Positions 1 to 14,662 of a DNA stretch of 64,000 bases are shown here, piece by piece (within the stretch, counting starts at the first letter, position 1; every line of letters starts with the position of its first letter). A program made the position numbers and the translations under genes. The notes under the pieces are model-generated. The model did no database searches. It was not told the DNA's origin and was given only the letters and a program-made list of their open reading frames with translations. Origin of the DNA: Trichosphaerium sp. ATCC 40318 (Eukaryota > Protista > Tubulinea); assembly GCA_038496445.1 (NCBI GenBank), contig JALMLS010000376.1:558001-622000 (forward strand), written 5' to 3'.

Positions 1-120
1 AATATTTGTAAAAGAACTTAGATAAACCAATTGTAGCAAATAAACAATGTACCAATAGAAATCATAAAAAAAATTCATAAAAACGAATTTGCTTACTTGC
101 TCAGGATCATCGCTAGTCAT
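1..120 (-). CDS. Possible 5' end of a minus-strand gene running out of the window (MTSDDPEQ, then intron)
   Basis: ATG at 120 followed by a GTAAGC donor; no recognisable domain. Confidence 0.25.
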   Translation of the reverse strand, partial: MTSDDPEQVSKFVFMNFFYDFYWYIVYLLQLVYLSSFTNI

Positions 121-479
121 GTGTGGGCATGTAATAGTTTACAAAATTCCCTCAGTACCTGTACAGCCATTGCGTAGGTTTCTGCAAAAAAAGATAGATA
201 AATGATCGTCAGGAATAAGAAAAAAGACTAAGATTCTAGAGGAACCTTTCAGTGACAATCGTATTTCTGGAAACCTGAATAAGTTTGCTCGATGCGTTAC
301 TTTTTATGATGATCTGAAGAGCCGTGTACTTTAAGATGAAGATGGAGCAAAATTAAGTCATGTATTTTTTAGCTGAATAAGTCAACAGTTTCGCGTGTTG
401 CCACGTATGAAGTGCTAGAAATAGAAAAATCATAGCGTTTTGAGTATCACACATGTACCAGGCGTCTATAAGAAGCAAA

Positions 480-3400
480 ATGCAGCTTGTCACGTTATGT
501 TATGCCATTGTGTTGATTAGTGTGGCACTAGGTACCATGCAAAGGTTAAACTGACATTCTAACAACTTCTTTAAGCCTCCGAAGGTCCTAAGCCGCCGTC
601 TCAACTTAAAGTCGTTACGACTGTTTTCCCTAAAGCAAAATATAACTCCAGAGCGCCCATAACAGTAATCTTCAACAGGCACTGAAACCACTTCGTGAAG
701 ATGTACTACTAACTCTGACAATGTAGACCTGTAATCGTACTGGGATCAGACTTTCCTCAAGTCTCCGATGATCTTATCCCCTTTACTCTCAACACAACCG
801 TACCTGGTAATTTCAGATGGGTCACTACTAGTATAGCGAGGTGGGATCCCTTAGTAGACTGGCCACCTGGTTTAGTAGTCGGTGTAACGTTCAAACGTGA
901 TTTTACTGATATGTATGGCCAAAGTATAGGTTCGAATAGCTCTATTGTTGGCGAAGTGTTAACTGTTTTTCGTATTGCAGATTTAGATGATAGTTTTGAG
1001 TTTACGACACCAGCATCATGTATGTTAAGTCTATTTGCTGGTAGCCTGAGTGTATTTCTAACACTTACTAGTGCGCGCTAAGGCTATACTAACATCAGAA
1101 TTAACAAATAACTTAACTGATAATCATTGGTACAAGCGACTCATCCTTGCCGTGCTAACCCTGCTGACAGGCATTCAAGACCCCTTTTAACGTATCCACA
1201 CACCGACACACATGTCCACGAATGTCCTGAAGATGGATTAATACACATAAGCTTCAACTATGGCACGTGTTAAACCTAACAGCTATTCGCGTCTATGAAA
1301 CTAAATGTTTAAAAGACGTCACTTTACAGCTGATGTTGGATGCGCTCACTTTCGCAGACGAAAACGGTATTCCATTAAATAATTTTGTTTACCTTTAATC
1401 ACAGTGATTCAGATAATGAAATATCTATCAGCTCTATATCATATTGTGGAAACAACAAGAGATGCATTGAAGTAAAATTACCGAAATTAGAGCAAGGGGT
1501 CCAGTACACTTTAGAATTACCAAGTGGCTCAGAATATCATCACTATGGCGGAAGAACATCAACAGATATTACTATGTACTTGACAGGGTTACATCCATTC
1601 ACTATTCCTTTTATTCACATGACTTCTCCATCATCTAATCTGTTCGGGATTTGGATTAGACATGGTTTGCCTGATAGTAGTATGGCTGGTGCGCATTGGG
1701 TCATGTTGATTTTATCCTGACTTCAATCAATAGCATTTGATGAATCGCTGGAGATTTTAGATGAAAGTGATACGGTGCTCAATAGGACGCTTACCTTACG
1801 GAACAAAGGTTAGTTCTTTGAATTGTGCATTAATAACCTACAATGTAGCAATTGTTGAGATTTACGTCCCAGATATGAAGCCTTTACAACAGGTAAGCCT
1901 TCATTTACAAAAACTGTACGTTTACTAATGTTTATAGTACACAATTCGGACCAAGGCAAACAGCCAAGTGATTGATGGATATGGACTTGCACTCCAAGAG
2001 TCAGAAGTCTTGATTTATACAGATGAACAACGTTACCCAACATACAACAGAGACTATGTATCATGCCGTTCTTCGATTTTTGATTCTGACTTTGACAATG
2101 GGTGGCACACATTTTCTAATAAAAATACGACAGTAGTCAAGTACGTTTGTCTCCAAATTAAAAAAAGACATTTGAATTTAACTGAAAAAAACAGAGGATA
2201 CAAGGTTACTGCAAATACTATCCAAGAGCTCATTACAATCTATGACGAATGCAATAAGAAATATTCTGAGATAGAGTCATCAATAGAGTCATTGTTGTCA
2301 AGTAAATATATGCATGAAGGATATGTATTGCCTACATCAAGTCTTTTTGGAACTTCAGATTCTTTTTTATTGTTAGAAATGGATCAGTAAGCAAGTTTCC
2401 TAGTCCAATTTAGAAGTCAATTGCTAAGTTTCCTTAGGAAGTTTAGAACTTGCAAGGCGAGATTTATTGGTAAACCTGATGTATCTGTTACTATATTCGG
2501 TGTACAGCAGTAAGTCGTTTACCAGTACTTTGTTTTGAAACACTTTATTAGAGATACGTTTGGCATATGGGTAACTAAGTTAAGCGCTGCTGAAGCTATT
2601 CAAGGCGCTGATATACAACTATGGTATAGAGATGAGAGGGTCGCCGTAGCGCAGGTACAGTTAACAATAGAGGTTTCGAGCTTAAGTTTCTACAGCTTTC
2701 TGATCATAGAGGTATTTCCACAATCAAATATTTGGGGCTCGGATACAGAGACTTAAAGCTAGTAATTAAGACACCAGATGGCAAAATACTTGTATTAGTA
2801 TGAACCTTTACTTTAAGAATCAATTGACACCACTTAGCCATCGCCTTTACCATATTTTTCTGAGCATTTTACTGAAGAAAAAACTATTGGTGCGATTACA
2901 GCTGACAGACCCTTCTACAACATTGGAGATACGGTGCACTTGGTACCTTAAAACCTTTAAGTTTGACTCTATTTACTCGGTTTTAAAGAAGGGTTATTTG
3001 AGGACTATATCGTACAACAACATAACCAGCAGTACATACAAAACAAATAATGGATTGTCACTCTCGTAGGTTGGCTAAATATTTACTGATTCTTATTTCT
3101 TTCTTACAGTATTGATTGGAACTATGACTTTACAACAAATACAAGTATTACAGATTACGACAACGAGATGGGAACTTTCAGTTCGTCTTTTGTTGTACCA
3201 GAAGAAGCTACTTACGGCTTTCATAGACTATCAGTCTCTGGAGTGTACGTTGCATTTGCAACATACCTTCTAAAATACCTTTAGTACAGTTTCAGCGTCA
3301 ATACTTGTTGCAGATCCAAGAGTACCCACAAGCAAAATGTCAGTGAAGCCTTCATCATACATTACTTCGTCCAGAGGCTCAGTTGATATTACTACCAAAT

Positions 3401-6400
3401 TAGAAACATACACTGGCCAGGTATTAATACGCTCTAAATACATGTATACTTATGGAGGACATAGCCAATTCCTTTTCAGAACTTTACGCTATCATACACT
3501 CCGTTGGGCACCTTTGGTGAACTACCGTCCGGTCAAATATATGTCAAGACTGATAATAATGGTATCAAGTGTTGCATTTTAGTATTCCAGCTAATCAAAG
3601 TTTAGGATTTGCTTCGCACACTTTAGATATGAAAGAATTAGATGGCATTGATGAAGCAAATACCATTAGAATTTCCACTGAATACTTCAGTCCATCAAAA
3701 GAGACACTAAGAGACGAATTTGACATCCATATATCGGATTCAGATCACTCGCTGAGTGTTCACTTGGATACAAATGGTAGTTACAAATAATCACAGTCGT
3801 CTATTCTAATTCTTTCTTAGACATAGTACCAGGTTTCACATTCAATGTTGGGGTTGATTTAAAGCATATTAACACTCTTGATAATATAAACAAACCTATT
3901 ACAATTCATCTGTACCAAATCAATTCTTCGTTGATACAACGTGATGCAGTGACAGGTAAAAATAGCTATCCCTACCTTACTTCTATTTATAACACTTTTA
4001 GGTAAGCTTCAGGGTCTACCTTCGCCGGAAGCGAGTTGTGCTGGAGTTATTCCCAATACAAACCTTGTGCTATGTACTTTGAAGATGAAGAAGTTGTCAC
4101 AGTACACCCTGGTTGCAAGTGTTACAGATGACAAAGTGCGTGCACATAAAATCAAGCTTTGCCTTACTAGAAAAAAGGGTTTCGTCGTAACTGAGTTGGT
4201 GTCACTAAGTAAATCCAAAGAATCATGGGAAAAAGACCCCTTGGAAAAACTACCTTCTACAAAGATATCTATTGATAAGGAGGTATATCAAAGAGGGGAT
4301 AATGTAACAATTATATTCAACAACTATTGGAAAGTTGCTCACGTGCTTATTACAATCGGCACATACATGGAAAATATACACATAAAAACAATAACAACAT
4401 TGGGACAAACCACGTGCGTTACTACATGCTTAAAAGTGCTAATACTTCGGTAGAATTCAAGTACCTATTCCTCCTGAGTGTTACCCTTCAGCGTACTATT
4501 ACAAACTAACCTTAGCCAATCACTGACTACAAGTTAAGGTGTTCTTTAGTAGTTACAATGAATAAGCCAAAGAATGTTGCTATAGATTTTGACGTTGACT
4601 TACCGTTATCTCCTTTACTGGATCCATTAGCTCCTTTGTACGTTATATTTACTGTATTTGCTAGTGTAACGTCACTATAGAGCGGAATCAAAGAGTTTTA
4701 CAATCGTTGTTAATACCGGTGTACCGCCCTTAAAAGTTGAAATTACGCCTGAATCTAAGGTGGTTGCGCCCGGACAAGCTACAAAGCTGTCTATTACTGT
4801 AACAGATCAAGATAGTGTAAGTCACGTGATTTGGTTTTATCGAAGTATATAGTACCTAAAGAAATACTAGGCCATAAGCAAAGGCGAAATTGCTTGTTTT
4901 GTTGTTAACAAGGCTGTGTTAGATTTAAAAGAACATCCAACCATAAATATGACAGAAATAGAAAGAAGTGAAAGAATGCATATTAACCATCTCACATAGT
5001 ACTCGGAATATATATCCCTACATATTTATCTAACGCTCGGCGTAGTCTATTCAACTCAAGAAAAGAAGTTAGAAGTGGTAGGTCTTATAATGAGTTAGTA
5101 GCTATGATGAGAAGACTTATGAAAGAGAATCCTTGGCATGTGCCTTCTTTTGACTTTGATACTATATCAGTACGTATTAACAAGCATTCGCTCTACAGGA
5201 AAAGTTAACAAAACCCAAGGATACCAAAACAAACAGATGGGACTTAACACCAATACCTCATTCTATTCATAAATCTAAATATGGAAGCAGACATGTGACA
5301 AACAACTTTGATGCGTTGGAATCAATTCTACTACTGGATCATAGCTATGCTATCCCTGAAACTCCAGCTATATCACACATCAGAGATAATTTTAATTATA
5401 CAGCTCTATTTGTGAGTAGTCAGAGGCTTGATGATAAAGGACAAACTGTAATTGAGATTCCTGAACTACCGGACAACATTGCACAATACGAAATAAGGTA
5501 TTGCTCTTTAAAGTCTTCCTTCCATAATTGTTTGAATAGAGTGTACGCAATAACTCCAGAAGGAAAATTTGGAAGCAGTACTGAAACCATCACAGCCAAA
5601 AAACCAGTTAGTATCAACTCAGCAATACCTCGTATTGTTCGTATGAATGACAAATTTCATGCCGGTGAGTTTACACTAAGATAAATGATACTAACAAGGT
5701 CGCACAGGAGTGACAGTTACAGTAGATGACCCTCTCTTTTACGGTGATATTTCAGTGACAGTTAGCACAACGTGTGAGGTACTATAAACTGTTTTTTATC
5801 CGTAGAATCTTATAGTATGCAGATACTAGCTTTACATGATGTCAACATGAAAACCAAGACAGTTAAAGGAAGTGGTCCTCATCTAATAACATTTCCTCTA
5901 TCCGCAATTGGTATTGGAGAGAGTGAACTAGAGTTTTCCGTACACACTATAGTAGGTGGGAAAATAGAATCAGACGCTGCTAAGGTACACACTATAATAG
6001 GTTCTTTTACTTAAGTAACCAAACTTTAGTTCAAGCTTGAGGTGTTAGGAAAGCAACCACCTGTATTTGTTGCGACATCAACCTCAGTATCCGCAAACAG
6101 TAAAACTTCAGAAAAATACAGCCTTCCGGAATCTGCGCCCCTCTCAGGGTATTACTCAATAAGTGCCGGTGTAGGTAGATATCTTGCTATAAGAAATATA
6201 GGTAAGTTCTCGCTTAACTTTCTAAACAGACTTATCTTTTATTATAGCTGTCAATGTGTTTAAGCAGGCAGAACAGCTTAAATTTCCTAGCTTCTATGAT
6301 ATATTAGCCTGTATTATACCGCCGTCAATTATGCGTTCTTACAAGATCAGCAATCCAGCGGCTGCGGAGGTAATCATTGTTGGCGGTATAATGGAACTGA

Positions 6401-8246
6401 CATTCTCTAGTTGAGTTCAAAGTGCTTGAATAAAATACCTCAGTACTATAAGCACTCTGGACACATGGACTTGTTTGCTTCAATAGATACTGGTGTAGAT
6501 ATAACCTTGAACTCATTTAGCGTGTGGTTGGCTAGAAGGTTAAAGGAATTGGATAATAAGTCGTTCTTATCAAACGAGCAGTTTGGGGCAATGAAGCAAA
6601 GCATAAATTCAAAAATGTAGTGAACATTTAAGAATAACATTATTTATTATCTACGTAGAGAAAAGCTATACACACTAGCAAAGGAGAATGGGCAAGAGTT
6701 TACTCAGTGGAACCAAATAGCGTACAATTTTGGTTTTTTTTACAAGAAACTAAATGTATTCAAGCATTGGCTACTTGGCTTTTGGAGCAAAGTGGAAACC
6801 AATTCCTCAAATTTCTATATTGGATTTAGTTTCGCGTATAGATACTCTAGATGCGGCAGCAAAAGTTGCCATCGCACTTACATACAAATACAATAACCAA
6901 AAGCTGGTTAATAAAATAAAAGGATTACTCGTTTCTCAAATCCGCATACAGGCACGTGATCTATCACGTGATTTAAATTTAACAATTCACAGGGAAGAAC
7001 TGCGTATATTTCAAAAAGCGGTAGCAATCAACCTGACCTCTTAGGCTCTGCATTAGCTTTACTTTTATTCTCAGAGACAGAAAAAGGAGACAATGAAGGA
7101 CTTGTTGAGAAACTTGCCAATTGGATTAGTCGAGACAAAGATGTTAAATTACCATTCTACTGGTTTGAAGCTAATTCACGATATAATGTTGTGGCTATGT
7201 TAGCTTTGCATGTACGTATACAAGAGACATATTGCCCACTTATTCTTTCAAGGCTTATGATAGGAGTACTTCAAGTATAAAACCAAATTTGAGTATAAGA
7301 GCAAAAGCGAACAACAAGGATATCTTTAGGTACCTATAATTATCCCTTAGAGATCTAACAAACTGTCTGACAGCACAAAATTCACTCATCCAGCGGATGT
7401 ATCTGTTACGAAAGTGTACAAATTTGATGACACATTTGGAGACATAGAAATAAATGCTGAGGTAAATTAGTCACTGTACAACTTAACATGTTAATTCATT
7501 CTATTTCAGGGTATTGGAAAGGGTTCAGTTGTTCTTGGCATGTCATTTGTTCCTGAATCGATATCCAATACATCCATAAATAGAGGCTTTGAAGTAGAAA
7601 AGACAATTCGTCTTTACAATACTTCAACAAGAATGCCTTCAGGACCTCATATAACAACTGCAAAATTAGGAGATACTGTTCAAGTATCAATACAAGTTTA
7701 TTCACATGATAGTATCGGTGGATGTGTTATCCGAGATCACTTACCCGGATGCCTTGAAGCTATTAACACCAACATTGCTAAAGCGCTGGTCTGCTTTTTT
7801 TCATCAGAACTCAACTTTGCTCAAAGTTTAATGTAGGATGATTACTTTACTGACAATGGAAAAGAGACAAGTAAGGAATCTGTTACATTTCAGAGATGGT
7901 GTAGTGGTCCCATCACAATAAAATACGAAGCAATTGTATCGTCAAAAGGTATCTTTACGCTTCCTCCAACAAAAGTGTTTGATGTTACACAACCTGAACT
8001 TATGGGTCTGAGTGCTGGTGGAATATTTACAGTTGGTACGTTATCTATCATGTCAATAGCTGACACAAAGAATTAGGTGAAAACAATTTCGGCAGCAAGG
8101 TGAAATCCAATGTGTGCTTGAAGCACAATCCTAAAATACCACGTGATATAGTCTTGACTCAAAATACTGACACTACAAACAAAGAAGCCAAGGGTACCAC
8201 TTGGTTGAGTATTATACTATCCTTCATAGCTGTAATTTTCTTGTAA
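480..8246 (+). CDS. Bacterial-type alpha-2-macroglobulin-like (MG-domain) surface protein, multi-exon, signal peptide and hydrophobic C-terminus (TM or GPI signal)
   Basis: MQLVTLCYAIVLISVAL signal; A2M motifs PVSINSAIPRIVRMNDKFHAGV, IRIQ/GRTAYIS, RDHLPGCLEAIN, GIFTLPPTKVFDVTQPELMGLS; ends WLSILLSFIAVIFL*; dozens of short introns. Confidence 0.85.
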
Positions 8247-8348
8247 CGAATAAATAACTTGTCAACAATAAGTAGTTCAACTTGATGAAAAAAAAGGCGC
8301 AAAAAGTCTACAAAGGTAAAACTAGATGCTTAACGGCTCACTAAACGG

Positions 8349-10541
8349 ATGGAAGTAACTGAGAGTGATAAAACACAATGCTTTAGCGTTATAGCTGATA
8401 GAGGAGGTGAAAAAATAAGCCACGAGATTAATGTATGTTAATAGCGAATAAAACATTAAAAATACGCCGAATTAACATGTAAAGGTAAAATCTAGAGAGA
8501 ATCTAGCCGAAATTATATCAAATCTACTCGTAGACCTTAACTTTGATAGCATTGCTATCTTTAAGAACAATGAAAGCTCCTCAGATGAAATACACCAAAA
8601 AGGTGAAACATACAAAGCCATTAAATCAATTTTACGACTAACTTCCTTTTTTTTTCAATTAGTCCACATAGAATACAAGCCAAATGAACCTTCAGATACA
8701 ATTACATCAGTCTGGCTCATGGGAGATTTTTTAGACAACTGGAAGGGTGTTAAACAGCTTATGAAAGTTGGTGACACGTGGGTACGAACAGACAAAAAAT
8801 CTTCTGTTCAGAAGTCATATTCTTTTTTTTTTTTTGCTGCGTTAACATATGCATTTAGGGCACTTTTGTTATGTTGCCTCCAGGTACTTTTCAGTACAAC
8901 TTTGTTGTAAATCGAAGATCATTGGAAACAACAAAGAATGTCTCTGTTGGCGAAGATGGGTATCACACAATTACTGTTGAGCAAAACAAAAGTATGTCAA
9001 CTACAGAAATAGCCCTTTGAATTCTAACTTTACTCTTTAGAGTTGAGTGGTAGCACTGACGATATTAACATGCCATTAAAGCCTGTAATCTTTCCTAAAG
9101 AATCTTGTGGGCCTCATAGAGAGTCAGTTACATGCATAGCTATACCTGATGGTAGTTCAATGGCAAGACGTTACTTATCGCTATAACAAAACTGTTTTAC
9201 TAACACAAAGTAGTCACATATCCTTACAGGCTCTAAAGACAACACAAGTACAAATCTAAATATCGCATGTGTATGATGTTTATTAATAACACTATAGTGA
9301 AGCTCTGGAATTTAAATACACTGGAAGGAGAGTATACATATCAAGGTCATACAAGATGGGTTACTTCAATAGATGTCTCAGACAAACGACAAGTAAGGCC
9401 AAATGTTTCAATGAATGACTATACTAGCACTGGATGTAACTCTTTTCATTGTGTATAATTCACTCTTGTAGGTCGTAACATCTTCAGGAGACAAGACGCT
9501 GAAACTATGGGATGTATCAACAGGTTAAACTTTTTCATTTTTTTCAAAATTCAAGTTAATATTTTAACATCAGGTGAAGTTAAAAAGACCTACACAGGTA
9601 ATAAACGATACATATCCGCTACAAAGTTTTTTGCAAATTCAGATTATATTATTGGTGGTGGCACAGGTGGTCGTTTAAAGGTGTGTTAAGTCAGAAATAC
9701 ACATTTTGTTTCTAAAAACAAGTGTAGATTTGGGATGTTGAAGATGGAGCTATGGTTGTTAATATGAGTGTACACGAAGGATGGGTACGCATAAGTAGCA
9801 TGTACAAAGAGTTTTTGTAGCTTACTTTGCATAGATTATGGATATAGACGTTCATGAACTTCATATTTTGACTTCTTCTTACGATGGTCATGTAAAGTTG
9901 TGGGATTTTATTTCAAAGAAGTGTGTTTTAGATATTGACCTTAAAAGCTCTGTAAATGTTGGTAGACTATCTAAAGATGGTAAAACAGCAGTTACAGGTG
10001 CTAATGATATGCAAGTGCGGCTATGGGATATGGAAACAGGTACGCCGCTTTGCAGCTTGCTGTTTCAAAAGGACAACTAAAATGTCTTATTTCGCCTGTG
10101 TAGGTGCATGTAAAATAGACTTGCTTGGTCATGAATCTTGTATATCTTCAGTTTACCCTTACGATGATTGTAATAAAATTGCATCGTGCTCTTATGATAA
10201 AACAGCGCGGATATGGGACTTAAGATTGAAGGATTGTACAGCTACTTTGGAGGTGTGTTTTTACAAAACATCATTCCGACGTTCTTATGCTTGGCTTAGG
10301 GTCATGTTAATTGGGTTAACTCTGTAATTACTGTACCCAGTAAAAACATGGTTATAACGGTGAGTAAGGACACGAGTATTAAAGTATGGGACGATAGAAA
10401 AAATGAGTGCATTAAAACTTTTGGAAATCCAGTGGTACAACTTTAGTTTTTTTCACAAAGCGTTGCCTTCTAAAATCACCATAGTTCGTGCCAGACTTTA
10501 CACCAAAGAATAAAGAAACACGGAAACTTCAGCATAGCTGA
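8349..10541 (+). CDS. CBM48/AMPK-beta-like glycogen-binding domain plus WD40-repeat protein, multi-exon
   Basis: VWLMGDFLDNW...LPPGTFQYNFVVN; WD40 repeats GHTRWVTSIDV, LTSSYDGHVKLWD, VTGANDMQVRLWD, ASCSYDKTARIWD. Confidence 0.85.
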
Positions 10542-10617
10542 AGCTTGAAAAACACAAGCGGGTAAAGTGTAAAATAAACAAGGACGTGAAAGTCTCATTA
10601 GGTCAACAATTTATTGG

Positions 10618-11812
10618 TTAGTTGACTTGTATGTTACTGAAGGTTACAGATGTGTTGATGTTACAATCAGTATTGTAATCGCAAGGAGGAATATCTAACC
10701 AAGACATTGTACTTGCTTTATCTCCCCAGTAAGATACAGTGAGTACCATACCAGCTCTGAAAGCTTCAGTCATAGAAGCAAGTCCGCCGCAATTTCCACT
10801 GTTGTGATTGAATGATATTGACTTTCCTGATTGTCTTAGAGTTGTTATTATAGTACTTAGCTGTCCGCTACCATCAGTCTGGAACTGAGTGGAGACATCG
10901 AAGCTTTGGGTGGTATCTATTTGGTAGTTTCCGCCTAGTTTTCAAAGTGTCAATCTACGGTAAGAGATTCGCTCAAGATAGAGCATACCTGGACCGTAAG
11001 CGTTGCCTTGGTTCCTAGAGCTTTGAGAGCAACCGCCACCATCACAGTTGTAGTAATGTCCGTTCGAAGGAGCACCACATGAATGAGGAGTAACTTGGAA
11101 AGCATGAGTGTTGGCTTCCATTACGTCCATCTAATCGAACATTAACTCGCTTTTTTTGTTTTATGTGTGAACGCGTACCTCAGGGCACAATTCACCGCAA
11201 ACGTTGTTGGCATCGCAATAGTAATCCTTACATTTGGTAGCGTCCGGTTGACCATTAGTGCCAATCGCAGGCATCTTTACGAGGTATCTAATAAAAGGAT
11301 AGTTAGCAGCGAAAGAAAACAACACAAGACGAAAGAAAAACAACCCACGGGAACATCACGTGGAACATTCATTTCGGAAAGTTGGTCCGAAAAAGAAAGC
11401 GTACAGAGCCGCATTACAAGCGCATCCAGCTTGGCTGAGATCAACAGTATAAGAGAGTGTTTTTCCGAGCAGTTGTAGGCCTAGAAACATGTCTGGCTCA
11501 AAAGAGTTTACACACTTTTCGGCAATGTAGAACCTCTGTAAGTGCTGAGTTACTACAAGTGATCCTAGTAATGTTTTGTTAGTAACAAACTTTTCACATT
11601 TAGGAGTAAGTTTTTTTTACTCAACGTTCCCTAGACGTAATAAACGTACCTGATACTTTTACTTTACCGTTGTTTCCACCCGATTGAACAATGTAGGTGG
11701 AGTTGTTTACACCACCAACACTGACAGATCCAACAACGACAGAGGTCTGGCAATCAGCATTAATGAGTGCGACACAGGCAAAAATCAATAGAGCAGCTTT
11801 GAGTATAAGCAT
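10618..11812 (-). CDS. Secreted glycoside hydrolase family 7 (cellulase/endoglucanase-like), multi-exon
   Basis: Signal peptide; LLGKTLSYTVDLSQAGCACNAALYLVKM, YYCDAN, catalytic CPEMDVMEAN, CDGGGC, GMVLTVSYW, SWLD. Confidence 0.9.
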
Positions 11813-11885
11813 TTTACGTGAACTTTAAAAAAAAAGAACACTTTTGACTTTGTTCACGTGACGAAATTTTTTATTTTGTGGATTT

Positions 11886-14427
11886 TTATTTTTGGAAGTC
11901 ACCATCAAATCCAATAAACCCTGACATGAGGAATACAGGGTAATAGCTCTTCTTTTCAATTTTAGCGCACCAATTCTATGTAAAACAAAGTAAGTATAAG
12001 GCAACACGTGCGTCAATTGATACTAACAAAAGAAACACAAAAAATCTACTACTAGACAACCAACGCACCCAAGCAGATGTCAAACGACCGTCAATACACG
12101 AACCAGCGTCGAAAAAGTTATCAGCACCAGAACCTACGCACGAATATCAGTAAAAAGGTTGCAAAATTGTATTATTTAGACATAATGTTATCAATAGTTT
12201 TGGACTCTTCGGAATAACTTACCATCGAAACCATGACGGAAAAAGTCACTCAAAATAAGTTTTTTGAGGTCAAGTGATGACTTGAAAGTAGTGTTGAAAT
12301 AACCAAGTATGCCTTGATCTTGTTCAAGTCTATCAATCTCTTTTATGCAAGTCAAGATAGGATTTACAATACGTGGAACCTAATTACAATATATCAGCAT
12401 AAAATCAAATCAAGTTAGTGCTAAGCACACATACCTGAGTGTACTTATCAATAAATGACAAAGCATTAGGTACAGCTCTATCTCCCATATGAATTACAGA
12501 ACTGCCAACCCAATTTCCAACATCTTTTTGGGTTTGAGCCAAAAGGTTATGCATAGCCTTCCAAACACGAGGTGCTGCCTGTACACGGTTTAGACCTTGA
12601 CCAGTATCACGCAACCTAAAAGTAAGAGTAAATAAATAGAATCTAGATTTCTTGAAACAAATGTGTGAGTACTTGTAACGGTTGGATGGTGAGAGCATAT
12701 CTTGTTCTGCAATATACCAAAGCTTATAAATATCGTTCATAATATTACGCCATAGCGTTAGAGATTGTAAAACAAACGCGTATTGACGTTCATGAGAGTG
12801 AGAAAGTCGAGCGCCTTCAGAACCTAAAAAAATAACTAATCAATACAACTACCATTTTCAATAATGCTAACTAAGACTCACCTGCGAAAATAGATAGATC
12901 ATAGCCTTCCTCAGGAACTTGAGGATCGAAATAATGTTTTAACAATACAATTAACTTATTAATACTCTCGCAATTAGCTCTATAACATAGTAATGTTAAA
13001 TGACATTATCATCATTTAACTACTGTTTTCACAACAGCGTACCTCAAAAAGCAATTATTATCGCCAATAGAATACAAGCACTGACGAACTACTTCCGCCT
13101 TAATATTCATATTTGAGTATTTTCTAGCCAATTGTTCAATCTACAAATAAAATAAATTCCATAATTAAAGACGCAGGCAAACAGAAAAACTGAAAGTTTA
13201 AATCAATCAACGACTACGTACAGCGCTTTCTTTACTCTTAATCTCTTTTTGGATAGTTCTACGACGTTTTCCGTCAGGAATAATCTCCATTGTAGCTGTA
13301 CCAATCTAAGGAAAAGCATTAACAACAAAATCAAAAAAATAAAAAAAAAATCAATGATTTAAATGCAATGCACGCATACCAATGGATCACTGAGTACTCC
13401 CAAAGCACCCGCACTATCAAGAACAGTATGTACACTGAGTACCTATAGAACAACAATAAGATTTGTGCAAAAAAAGGCACAGAGTTGGTGTCGTATGCAA
13501 TAGAGTTTTTTTTGCTTTTGTAATTAATTCTGCTGCTTAGGTAGTGCGTACATCTTTAATAAGCTCAAACTCTAGGATCTCTACGATTCTAGGATCACTT
13601 GCATCCATGAGCAAGTGCAAAAGTTTACCGTAAGATGATCGCATCTTTTCTGGGTTGAGAATTTTGTAGCGACGTGCAATCTTATTGTAGAGTGTTAGAA
13701 ATGGCGTAATGAGTACTTTTTACAGTCAATAAAACGGAAAAAAAGATTCTTCAAAGAAATACATTACTCTTCGTTTTAATTGGTTGAAAAGTACGTAAAA
13801 ATGATCTTGGTTGCGTGTTTACCTCGAATACAGCTCTAAAAAAGTCTTCATTCTCTTTAAAGTCTTTGTCTTTGATTAGTTTTTGCCCTTCGCGATAATC
13901 TGACGCAACAAGCAAGCCACTAAGGATGGCACAAATATCTTTGATCTGGTGATGAATAATCTTCATTTTGCTGTATTTTAGAACGTCGACCTTCAGATAA
14001 TAATTAGCTACAACCCTATCGTTTGTTTGCGTGCATCAAAGCGCACACAAGCAATTTTGACAACTCTGACTCTAATTTACATTTACACGCTGCCAGAAGC
14101 GTTAATAAAAGTATTTGCGCACCTTGTCAGTGTATTCAGACACCATGAGCGATGCTTCAACAAGACGCAACACTTTACGCTCCTTGTAACGCAAACGCAA
14201 AGGTATGTACCGAGACCTGAGGTTTAAGGGTTAGGTTGGTAGTTAACGCAAATAAACACAAAAACAACAAATTGTTGCTGTTTTTACCTTTCAAGTACAT
14301 TGCTGTGGTCGTTTAGATTACTGGCGGTGCTCAAATACGAGTACTGGGAAGGTAATTCAGCATCCTCCATCTGTTCGTCATCGGAGGACGAATCCTGCTC
14401 ATAACCCCAAGTTCTAGAGAAAAACAT
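11886..14427 (-). CDS. UPF0652/DUF2009 family conserved protein, multi-exon
   Basis: RYIPLRL, IARRYKILNPEKMR, RLRDTGQGLNRVQ, WVGSSVIHMGDRAVPNALSFIDKYTQV, DAGSCIDGRLTSAWNWC, GFIGFDGDF. Confidence 0.85.
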
Positions 14428-14662
14428 CAAGACAAGCTTTTCTCCTGTTCGATTTTGTCAAAATGGTCAGTTTTCCATTCACCGAACCGGTACTGACGTG
14501 AAGAAAAAGTACATAATTCTGTCATTGTCTGTTAGGTTGTAAACTTTTTTATAGATCATATACTGCACGAAATATAGTAAGAGACACGCAGTAAATTATT
14601 TATAAAAATAGAGCTGTGATTACACGCCATAAAAGGAACCATCACGTGCTTTAGTGATACTG

